DNA of 64,000 nucleotides from Candidatus Rifleibacteriota bacterium (GTDB lineage Bacteria; Muiribacteriota; Ozemobacteria; Ozemobacterales; Ozemobacteraceae): NCBI GenBank assembly GCA_051747585.1, contig JBNJGH010000004.1, positions 6,852 to 70,851 of the forward strand, read 5' to 3'. Shown piece by piece: positions 26,512 to 35,957 of this stretch (position 1 is its first letter; each line of letters starts with the position of its first letter). The notes under the pieces were generated by a model. It saw only the letters and a program-made list of their open reading frames with translations, ran no database searches and was not told where the DNA came from. The position numbers and the translations under genes were made by a program.

Positions 26512-28341
26512 ATGCAGATTCTAGGTATCTCGGCGTATTATCATGATTCAGCTGCCTGTCTTGTAAAAGATGGCAAAATTGTTGCCGCTGCCCAGGAAGA
26601 AAGATTTACCAGAATCAAACATGACAGCAACTTTCCGTTAAATGCTGTAGCCTATTGCCTTAAAGAAGGCAATACCTGCATAGCAGAGATAGATAAAGTA
26701 ATCTTTTACGAAAAACCTTTTTTGAAGTTCGAACGTCTATTAAAAACTTATTTAAGTTTTGCTCCCCGCGGTCTTTTTTCATTTTTTCACGCCATTCCTC
26801 TGTGGATAAAAGAAAAACTTTTCATGAAATCCGAAATTGCTCAAACTTTTCTTAATGAGTTCGGCGCAGAACCCAAACAGATCCTTTTTAACCAACATCA
26901 TAGATCGCATGCGGCTTCGGCCTTTTTCCCTTCTCCCTTTGATGAAGCTGCAATTTTATGCCTTGATGGCGTCGGAGAATGGGCAACCACAACCGCATGG
27001 GTCGGCAAAAATAAACAACTCGACCAACTCTGGGAAATTAAATTCCCCCACTCTATCGGCTTACTTTATTCAGCTTTTACCTATTACACCGGATTTAAAG
27101 TTAACAGCGGAGAATACAAGCTTATGGGGCTTGCTCCATACGGTAAGCCTGAGTATAAACAGCTTATTCTCGACAACCTCATCGATTTAAAAGAAGATGG
27201 CAGCTTCAGACTCAACATGAAATATTTCAATTACTGCACCGGTCTGACCATGACTAACAGCAACTTCAACCGACTTTTTGGCAAAAAACCTCCCAGAAAG
27301 CCACAAGAGCCCGTCACCACCAGAGAAATGAACCTTGCCAGCTCGATTCAGGCAGTCACAGAAGAAATTATCATGCGTCTTGCCAAAACTCTTCACGGGA
27401 ACACAAAAGCCAAAAATCTCTGCCTCGCCGGAGGAGTTGCACTTAACTGCGTAGCCAACGGCAGATTGCTACGAGATGGCCCTTTCGACAACATCTGGAT
27501 TCAACCCGCTGCCGGTGATGCCGGCGGAGCCCTGGGTGCTGCTCTCGATTTATGGTTCAGTCAACCTGAAAGCAAAAGCAAACCTGATCAAAACATTATG
27601 AATGGCTGTTATCTGGGCCCTTCTTTTTCAAATCACCAGATAGAAAAATTTCTCCAAAAATATCAAATTCCGGCAGAAAAGTTTTCAGACAAGGAATTAT
27701 TCAAGCAGATAAGCAATGATATAGGTAACGAAAAAGTTACCGGCTGGTTCAATGGTCGAATGGAATATGGTCCCCGCGCACTAGGTAATAGAAGCATTAT
27801 AGGTGACGCCCGCTCAGAGAGGATGCAAAAAGTAATGAATTTAAAAATTAAATTCAGAGAATCTTTTCGCCCTTTTGCTCCATCGGTTCTGCGCGAGAAT
27901 CTAACTGATTATTTTGATCTGGATTATGATTCACCCTATATGTTGCTGACCGCCCAGGTGAAAAAAGAGAAAATGCTGCCCCTTAGCGAAGAACAACAAT
28001 CATTAACCGGGCTTGAGCTGTTAAATGTTCGCCGCTCGACCATTCCGGCCGTCACTCACGTTGATGGCTCAGCCCGCATTCAAACTGTTCACGAAGCCAC
28101 CAATCCAAGGTATTACCGCCTTTTAAAAACTTTTGCCTCAGACACCGGTTGCCCTGTAATTGTTAACACTTCCTTTAATGTCAGGGGCGAACCAATTGTA
28201 TGCACTCCCCTTGATGCATATAAATGTTTCATGCGCACTGAAATGGACCGCCTGATACTTGAGAACTTCTATCTCGAAAAAGAAAAACAGCCACGCAAAG
28301 TTATAGAAAATATCGGTCTTGAGAATTTTGCCCCGGATTGA
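26512..28341 (+). CDS. NodU/CmcH-family O-carbamoyltransferase (SxtI-like)
   Basis: ILGISAYYHDSAA, AAQEERFTR.KHD, HH.SHAASAF, EYKLMGLAPYG, LCLAGGVALNC, EYGPRALGNRS, RESFRPFAPS, HVDGSAR.QT, NTSFNVRGEPIV. Confidence 0.95.
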   Translation: MQILGISAYYHDSAACLVKDGKIVAAAQEERFTRIKHDSNFPLNAVAYCLKEGNTCIAEIDKVIFYEKPFLKFERLLKTYLSFAPRGLFSFFHAIPLWIKEKLFMKSEIAQTFLNEFGAEPKQILFNQHHRSHAASAFFPSPFDEAAILCLDGVGEWATTTAWVGKNKQLDQLWEIKFPHSIGLLYSAFTYYTGFKVNSGEYKLMGLAPYGKPEYKQLILDNLIDLKEDGSFRLNMKYFNYCTGLTMTNSNFNRLFGKKPPRKPQEPVTTREMNLASSIQAVTEEIIMRLAKTLHGNTKAKNLCLAGGVALNCVANGRLLRDGPFDNIWIQPAAGDAGGALGAALDLWFSQPESKSKPDQNIMNGCYLGPSFSNHQIEKFLQKYQIPAEKFSDKELFKQISNDIGNEKVTGWFNGRMEYGPRALGNRSIIGDARSERMQKVMNLKIKFRESFRPFAPSVLRENLTDYFDLDYDSPYMLLTAQVKKEKMLPLSEEQQSLTGLELLNVRRSTIPAVTHVDGSARIQTVHEATNPRYYRLLKTFASDTGCPVIVNTSFNVRGEPIVCTPLDAYKCFMRTEMDRLILENFYLEKEKQPRKVIENIGLENFAPD

Positions 28342-28343
28342 TT

Positions 28344-28739
28344 ATGCAGAATCAGCAAGATGAAAAAAAAGAATTAAGAAAATTTGGCCTTATAGTAGGC
28401 TTGGTTTTTGCTGCAATCGCTCTTTACCCTTTAGCATGGCATAAACCGCTTCATGCATGGGCACTGATTCCGGCTTTATTTTTATTTATTCCCGGGCTGG
28501 TTTACCCGATTTCCCTGAGTTTGCCCTTTCGGCTCTGGAAACTGATTGGCCACTGTCTTGGCTGGATTAACACAAGAATTATTTTAACAGTACTGTACTT
28601 TTGTGCCCTTGTTCCTGTATCATTAATTTTAAAGATTGCAGGAAAAGACTGGTTAAAATTGAAACTTGATCCCAGAGCCTGTTCTTACCTCGAAAAGCCT
28701 GATAATAAAATCGATAACGATCTTAAAAATCAGTATTGA
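28344..28739 (+). CDS. SxtJ-family membrane protein (start ATG 28344)
   Basis: ELRKFGL, hydrophobic helices, W..IG..LGWINTRIIL...YF..L.P...I....GKD.L.L; directly after the carbamoyltransferase. Confidence 0.85.
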   Translation: MQNQQDEKKELRKFGLIVGLVFAAIALYPLAWHKPLHAWALIPALFLFIPGLVYPISLSLPFRLWKLIGHCLGWINTRIILTVLYFCALVPVSLILKIAGKDWLKLKLDPRACSYLEKPDNKIDNDLKNQY

Positions 28740-28751
28740 ACGGAGCTGTAA

Positions 28752-28925
28752 ATGAGCGAGAAAAAAAACTCAAAACTTTCAACGGTTAATGAACTTTTTA
28801 CTTTCTTTATCAAACGTAAAGAATGGTGGCTGTTGCCTATCATTGCCTTTCTGCTGGTTCTGGGCCTTTTACTCACCCTGGCACAGTCTTCAACCATCGG
28901 AACCTTTATGTATACAATCTTCTAA
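28752..28925 (+). CDS. DUF5989 / SxtK-family small membrane peptide, 57 aa (not in ORF track)
   Basis: MSEKKNSKLSTVNELFTFFIKRKEWWLLPIIAFLLVLGLLLTLAQSSTIGTFMYTIF*; GGAG Shine-Dalgarno; its TAA overlaps the next ATG. Confidence 0.88.
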   Translation: MSEKKNSKLSTVNELFTFFIKRKEWWLLPIIAFLLVLGLLLTLAQSSTIGTFMYTIF

Positions 28926-31336
28926 TGCAGACTAAAAAGAATCTCAACATAAGCAAAAGTAAAAAAATACTGCTTTTGTTCTTCTGTCTGGTAATATTCC
29001 CGATTGCTGCCCTTTTGGTGCTTGAAGCAATATTCAGCATCGCAGCCCCGGGTAATCCGAACTCTTTTTTCATAAAAGAAGTCTCTGCCGACGAGGATTT
29101 TATTTATAGGGCAAATTATACATTTGCAAAAAGATTCTTTCCGGCAAACCTTGCCAGAAAACCACTTCCAGAAATCTTTCCTGCCAATAAAAAAGAAAAA
29201 ACTTTCAGGGTTTTTGTTCTTGGCGAATCTGCTGCCAGAGGCGAATTCCTTGCCGATTTTTCTTTTTCCCGCCTACTCGAGGCTGTTCTGAAAAACAACA
29301 ACCCAGACAGTAAAATAGAAATAATCAATACCGGCATTCCCGCAATTAACAGCTGGATTATCGGAGAAATTGCAGATGAAATAATTGATTACCAGCCCGA
29401 CCTGATAATCATTTATGCCGGACACAACGAATTTATTGGCCCTTTTGGGCCTGCTTCGATTTTTTCCGGCAACAGTGGCAGGCTTGCTGCCAAATTAGGA
29501 ATCTTTGCCTCTTCACTGGATCTGATTAAGGCTCTGAAATCGGACAAACTGCCCCGAACCCTTAAAAAGGGCTGGCAGGGCCTCGAAATGTTTTTTGAAA
29601 ACCGAATTGAACCTGGAAGTAAACTTATTCAAACCTGCAATGATAACTGGCAAAAAAATCTTGCAGAGATTGCTATGACTTTCAAAAACAATAAAATTTC
29701 GACACTTATATGCTCAGTTCCAGCTAACTTAAAAGATTGCCCACCTTTTATGTCAATAAAGACCGATGCAGAAACTAAGAAAGCAATAGATCAGTTAAAA
29801 AGCGCTTATTCAAATAAAAAATGGCATAAAATTGTTGAAGTTTTCAATAAAAACAATGAGGCCTTAAAAAATCACGCTCTGGCAAACTGGCTCAAGGCAG
29901 AGGCAATCCTTGGCCTGAAAAAACCAGAAGTCGCTCAGGATTTGTATGAAAAAGCGCTTAATCTAGATTGTTTCAGAGTGCGAACAAGTCAAGCCATAAA
30001 CAGTATCAGCAAAAAAATTGCTACCGAATACAAAACCGGGTTTCTCGATCTTGTCCCCATATTTAAACAAAACTCTGAAGCGCAGATCTGTAGCAGAGAT
30101 TTAATATACGATCACGTTCACCTGACATTTAAAGGTCATTATCTTGCTGCTGAATCAATTTACAAATTTATTGCCGGTAATCATGACGATACAAGCCTGG
30201 ATTTCAGCAAAGCATTTCCTGACATTAATGAAATTGCCAAATTAACAGGTTTTACCGACAATGATAAAATTTTTAACACTTCAAATATTATCGAAGCTAT
30301 GAAAGGCAAACCATTTAACCTCCAGCTTAACAATTCCGAGTCGCTTGGCTTTTTTTCAAATAAACTAAGTAAATTAAAAGAACAACAAAATTCAGCCAGC
30401 GACATTTACCAGACGACACAAGCTCTTGAAAAATTTTCCCAAGACTGGCACCTCAGCAGTCGCCTTGCCAACATGTATCTACAAACAGGCCAGATTCATG
30501 AAGCCATCGCATATTTCAACAAGACTTTGAAGCAAAACCCCTTTAACATTAACTCTATTAACAATGCGGGAACCCTGTATTTAAAATCAGGCAATTTCAA
30601 AGAAGCAGCTTCTTTATTCGAAAGGGCGCTGGAACTTGCTCCAAATTTCGCCGACCCTTATTTCAATCTTGCTCTTTGCGCAAGCAAACAAAACAACTTG
30701 CAAAAAGCTATATCCCTTTATAACAAAACTCTTGCCGTCAAACCTTCTCATACAAATGCCGCTTATAATCTGGCCAACATATATTTTTCAAGCAAAAATT
30801 ACAAAAATGCTCTCAATTACTATCAAAAAGTCATAAATGTTGATCCTGAAAACTTAAATTCAATAGCAGGGGCGGCAAATTCAATGGAAAAGCTGAATCA
30901 ACCTCAGAAAGCGATGCAACTTTATCAGAGCTCAGTTAAAAAGTTTCCCCAAAATCCACTAAGCCATTACAATTTAGCGCTGGCCTTTGAAAAACGAAAA
31001 AACATAAAAACAGCCGCTAAACACTATCATAAAGCCTTAAAACTTGACTTTGCTCCTGCAGCATCCAGAGTTGTAAATTTAATTGCTGAAAATTCCGACA
31101 AAATCGATTGGAATTTTCAATTAAAGCTCAGCCTTGAAGCTTGTAGAGCAACCAACCATAAAGATCCTTACTGCTTGCAGGCTCTGGCTTCTACCTATGC
31201 AGCAGACAATCAACTGAACAAGGCTGCGACAACCCTGCACACGGCGCTTGAGCTTGTCTCTGCAGGCAAGAACCCCAGCCTTGCAAATGATATTAAAGCT
31301 TCATTAAAAATCATTAATAAAGCTCTGGCAAAATGA
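28925..31336 (+). CDS. Membrane-anchored SGNH/GDSL-fold protein with C-terminal TPR array (start moved to ATG 28925)
   Basis: N-terminal TM; SGNH blocks FVLGESAA, INTGIPAINS, YAGHNE, YDHVH; about seven TPRs at the C-terminus. Confidence 0.85.
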   Translation: MQTKKNLNISKSKKILLLFFCLVIFPIAALLVLEAIFSIAAPGNPNSFFIKEVSADEDFIYRANYTFAKRFFPANLARKPLPEIFPANKKEKTFRVFVLGESAARGEFLADFSFSRLLEAVLKNNNPDSKIEIINTGIPAINSWIIGEIADEIIDYQPDLIIIYAGHNEFIGPFGPASIFSGNSGRLAAKLGIFASSLDLIKALKSDKLPRTLKKGWQGLEMFFENRIEPGSKLIQTCNDNWQKNLAEIAMTFKNNKISTLICSVPANLKDCPPFMSIKTDAETKKAIDQLKSAYSNKKWHKIVEVFNKNNEALKNHALANWLKAEAILGLKKPEVAQDLYEKALNLDCFRVRTSQAINSISKKIATEYKTGFLDLVPIFKQNSEAQICSRDLIYDHVHLTFKGHYLAAESIYKFIAGNHDDTSLDFSKAFPDINEIAKLTGFTDNDKIFNTSNIIEAMKGKPFNLQLNNSESLGFFSNKLSKLKEQQNSASDIYQTTQALEKFSQDWHLSSRLANMYLQTGQIHEAIAYFNKTLKQNPFNINSINNAGTLYLKSGNFKEAASLFERALELAPNFADPYFNLALCASKQNNLQKAISLYNKTLAVKPSHTNAAYNLANIYFSSKNYKNALNYYQKVINVDPENLNSIAGAANSMEKLNQPQKAMQLYQSSVKKFPQNPLSHYNLALAFEKRKNIKTAAKHYHKALKLDFAPAASRVVNLIAENSDKIDWNFQLKLSLEACRATNHKDPYCLQALASTYAADNQLNKAATTLHTALELVSAGKNPSLANDIKASLKIINKALAK

Positions 31337-31340
31337 AATT

Positions 31341-31368
31341 TAAGCAATGAGCAGCAAAATGCCGATAA
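31341..31368 (+). promoter_or_regulatory. sigma28-type promoter upstream of flgI
   Basis: TAAG(31341-44)-N16-GCCGATAA(31361-68). Confidence 0.65.
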
Positions 31369-31420
31369 TATTTCCAGAGCCTGATTTTTTGATTTAAATT
31401 AAATAAGGAAAAATCTGAAT

Positions 31421-32518
31421 ATGGAAGCAAACAACTTGAAACTAAGCTTTACCCGTTTCAGTAAGATTATATTTTCACTACTTTTTATTTTTGCTGCTAC
31501 AGTCAGTGTTTCCTTTGCCCAGGCAAAGGTGCGCGTCAAAGATATTGCCAGGCTTAGTGGAGATCGCCAGTATCAGCTGATTGGATATGGCCTGGTTACA
31601 GGCCTTGATGGCACAGGCGACAAAAGCGAAATGAGCATCCAAATGATTGGTGGCATGTTACGCAATATGGGCATGGAGCTGACCCCAAATCAAATAGAAA
31701 CAGAGAACTGTGCTGCAGTTGTCGTAACGGCTATGCTTCCTGCTTATGGCAGACCCGGTGAACCACTTGGAATAATAATCAGTTCGATTGGAGACGCCCA
31801 AAGTCTACAGGGCGGAGTTTTATTGCCTACCCTTCTCAAAGGCGGAGATGGCAAAGTATACGCCGTTGGCCAAGGACAAATTTCAATCGGCGGATTTGAA
31901 CAGGCGGGCGGTGCTGCTGGTCGACAAACGGGCCAAAAAAATCATCTTACCGTTGGTCACATCCCAGAAGGTGCCATACTCGAACAGAGCGTAGGAACTG
32001 AATTCGCCAGAAACGGCAAATTCAACATTCTACTTGAAAATAAAGATAGTGAACTGACCAGGCAGGTAAAGGAATCCATCGACCGCCGTTATGGAATTGG
32101 CTGGGCAAAAATCACCAACCCAGGCACGATAGAGGTTAAAGTCCCTACCAGCCTTATGGATGACCCGGTTTCTTTTGCCGCCAATATTGAAAATATTACC
32201 CTTTCAGTTGAAGAGCCAAACAGGGTTGTTATAAACGAACGAACAGGTACAGTTATAGTTGGTAATAAAGTAAGAGTAAGCAGAGTTATTATTTCTCATA
32301 ACGGAATCAAAATTGAAATAGATGAAGATGATCCGCAACCCGCCAACCGTGCAAGAGAACCCAAAACCGGCAGTATGATAGCTGTAAATGGTGAAACTAC
32401 GGTTAATGATCTGGTTGAAGCACTAAATGCAGTCGGTGCTTCACCAAAAGATCTTATCGCCATATTTCAGGCTATAAATGCAGCCGGAGCCTTGCATGGC
32501 GAGTTGAAGCTAATGTAA
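31421..32518 (+). CDS. flgI: Flagellar P-ring protein FlgI
   Basis: RVKDIA, QLIGYGLVTGLDGTGD, SIGDA.SLQGGVLL.T.L, VVINERTGTVIVG, GASPKDLIAIFQAI..AGAL. Confidence 0.96.
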   Translation: MEANNLKLSFTRFSKIIFSLLFIFAATVSVSFAQAKVRVKDIARLSGDRQYQLIGYGLVTGLDGTGDKSEMSIQMIGGMLRNMGMELTPNQIETENCAAVVVTAMLPAYGRPGEPLGIIISSIGDAQSLQGGVLLPTLLKGGDGKVYAVGQGQISIGGFEQAGGAAGRQTGQKNHLTVGHIPEGAILEQSVGTEFARNGKFNILLENKDSELTRQVKESIDRRYGIGWAKITNPGTIEVKVPTSLMDDPVSFAANIENITLSVEEPNRVVINERTGTVIVGNKVRVSRVIISHNGIKIEIDEDDPQPANRAREPKTGSMIAVNGETTVNDLVEALNAVGASPKDLIAIFQAINAAGALHGELKLM

Positions 32519-32557
32519 AAAGGCAATTAAGACTTCAATAAAAAAAAACATGCACCC

Positions 32558-32586
32558 TTGCGCTTAAACACCTTGTATGTTATAAG
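32558..32586 (+). promoter_or_regulatory. sigma70-type promoter (extended -10) of the TPR gene
   Basis: TTGCGC-N17-TATAAG, with TG at the extended -10 position. Confidence 0.55.
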
Positions 32587-32648
32587 TATTCGAAAGATTT
32601 TAATTTTCTTTTTCAGAACAGATTTTCCCATGTGAGGTTTTCCAGCAA

Positions 32649-33494
32649 ATGGTTGCACCAATTTCAATTGAAGAAAAGGATCTTGCTAATCAGCATCTTG
32701 ATCGATCGATTTCATTTGCCATGTGTGGCAAATTGGACCAGGCAATAGAAGCTGCAGAAAAAGCGGTTGAAATTGACCCGGATTTTTCTCAGGCCTTTAA
32801 CAAATTAGGCGATTACTATTTAAAACAAGGACAACTGCAAAAAGCCGCAGAAGCTTACCGCAAAGCAATTGTTATAAGCCCGGAAAGCGAAAATTCTCAT
32901 TTCGATCTGGGTAGAACTCTTGCAATGCTTGCACAATATGATGAAGCGCTTGATTCGCTTAACAAAGCCGTAGAACTTAAGCCAGATCACGCTGAAACTT
33001 ATGCCTACATTGGTCAGGTTTATTTTGAAAAGCAAGATTACGAAAACGCCGTAACTAACTTACAAATTGCAATTCAAAAAGACTCAGAAAATATTATGGC
33101 TTCTTACCTTCTAGGCATAGTCAGTGCAAAAATCGGCAAGGAAAGTCAGGCGCGTCAGCTTTTCAAAGCTGTGGTAGACCGCTATTCGCAGCTGATCAAC
33201 ATGAAGCCAAAATTTGCAGAAGGTTACTACTACATCGGCAAAACTCATTTTTTCCTTGGCGATCTCGAAAACGCAGTTAAAAACCTTAAAAAAGCTGTTG
33301 AGCTTGACACAGAAGACGTCGACTACCATTACAGCTTTGGAATGTTGTATTCTGATGCCGAAGCTTTCTTTGCACTGGCTGAAGCATTGTTGGAAAATGA
33401 AAATCCTTCTGAAGCCAGAGAATACATCAATAAAGCACTTGAACTTGAGCCCAACAACCCCAAATATCAGGAACTAAAATCTAAAGTCGGTTAG
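32649..33494 (+). CDS. Cytoplasmic TPR-repeat protein
   Basis: Several canonical TPRs (AFNKLGDYY, SHFDLGRTL, GYYYIGKTH). Confidence 0.88.
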   Translation: MVAPISIEEKDLANQHLDRSISFAMCGKLDQAIEAAEKAVEIDPDFSQAFNKLGDYYLKQGQLQKAAEAYRKAIVISPESENSHFDLGRTLAMLAQYDEALDSLNKAVELKPDHAETYAYIGQVYFEKQDYENAVTNLQIAIQKDSENIMASYLLGIVSAKIGKESQARQLFKAVVDRYSQLINMKPKFAEGYYYIGKTHFFLGDLENAVKNLKKAVELDTEDVDYHYSFGMLYSDAEAFFALAEALLENENPSEAREYINKALELEPNNPKYQELKSKVG

Positions 33495-33501
33495 TGATTA
33501 T

Positions 33502-33810
33502 ATGAGTGGCTTTTCTATTAACACAGCATTGAGCACTTCGAGACTAGAATCGGTCAACAGTGCCAAAAAAAAAGAAGTTAAACAACTTAAAAAAGCCTGT
33601 AAAGATTTTGAATCAATCTTTATGCATCAAATGCTTAAAGAAATGAGAAAAACGGTAAATAAAAGCGGCATGATCCATGGCGGTCAGGCAGAGGAAATAT
33701 TTTCTGATATGCTTGACCAGGAGCGTGCCAAAAGCATGTCTGTCGGTATTGGCGATATGCTGTTCCTTCAGCTTTCCAAGGCAATTGTGCCCCCTAAAAG
33801 ACCTAAATAA
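33502..33810 (+). CDS. flgJ: FlgJ rod-binding domain protein (no muramidase domain)
   Basis: LKKACKDFESIFMHQMLKEMRKT, EEIFSDMLDQE.A..MS, GIGDMLF.QL. Confidence 0.88.
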   Translation: MSGFSINTALSTSRLESVNSAKKKEVKQLKKACKDFESIFMHQMLKEMRKTVNKSGMIHGGQAEEIFSDMLDQERAKSMSVGIGDMLFLQLSKAIVPPKRPK

Positions 33811-33861
33811 ACCCGGTTTCTCCGGCCAATTCAACGTTATCATCCGAAAGGAAAAGCAATT

Positions 33862-35156
<1,295 letters not shown>

Positions 35157-35157
<1 letters not shown>

Positions 35158-35864
35158 TGCAAATTTACCAGCTGTCAAATAAAGCCAGAATATTACTGAT
35201 CATATTTTCTCTGCTGTTGCTGCAGCTAAATGTTCCTGTCTGGAACAACCTTCATACAGCCTGCAGTGCTGACTTTATTTGTTATCAGCAAAATAAAAAC
35301 AACAGCTGGCAAAATTTAAATCTTCTTAATAATTATTTTAACCATAAACTTAAAAGCTGTCTGAACCACAGTCGCATCGCTTTTAATCTTCCCGACAATT
35401 TAGAAGAGTTTTTAAACCAGCCTGTTCCCAAATCTTTTAAAATTGTAAAAGTAAAAAGCACAAAAACGACAAAGACATTTTATGAATGGCCGGTAAACGG
35501 CTGGGTATCTTCTGGTTTTGGTATGCGCCGACATCCGGTAACTCGACGGCGAGCCTTTCATACCGGTATTGATATTGCGGCAAGAAAAGGAACTCATATT
35601 AACGCTCCGGTTGATGGAAAAGTAGTTTCTGCCGGCAGGTCAGGTTTTCTAGGAAGAATGGTTAAAATAAAAACCAACAAGGGTTTATACCTTTATTTCG
35701 GCCATTTAAAAAGAATCAAATGCAAAAATGGACAAAGAGTAAAAAAAGGACAGCTTATCGGGACCGTAGGGATTTCCGGAAGATCAACCGGCCCCCATCT
35801 TCATTTTTCCGTTAAAGAGCGGGGTAAATTCGTTAACCCCCTAAACTATCTTTCTCCTCTTTAA
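35157..35864 (+). CDS. M23-family metallopeptidase
   Basis: SSGFGMRRHP, HTGID (HxxxD), GHL, STGPHLHF. Confidence 0.9.
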
Positions 35865-35891
35865 TTCATTTTAAAGCCCCCTTATTTTAAT

Positions 35892-35918
35892 TGAAAATTT
35901 TTGCAATATTGCCGATAT
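35892..35918 (+). promoter_or_regulatory. Possible sigma28-type promoter
   Basis: TGAA-N15-GCCGATAT; one mismatch in the -35 element. Confidence 0.4.
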
Positions 35919-35957
35919 ATTAGGTGGTTAACCTTAAAATCCGGAGTTTTATCATCC

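Noticed and set aside
28823..28924. N-terminal 34 aa of the 837-aa ORF
   Set aside because: This is an alternative frame of the DUF5989 peptide gene; the true start is the coupled ATG at 28925
26512..28925. Saxitoxin biosynthesis (sxtI/J/K homologues)
   Set aside because: No sxtA, sxtG or other core genes in the window; such triplets are widespread outside toxin producers
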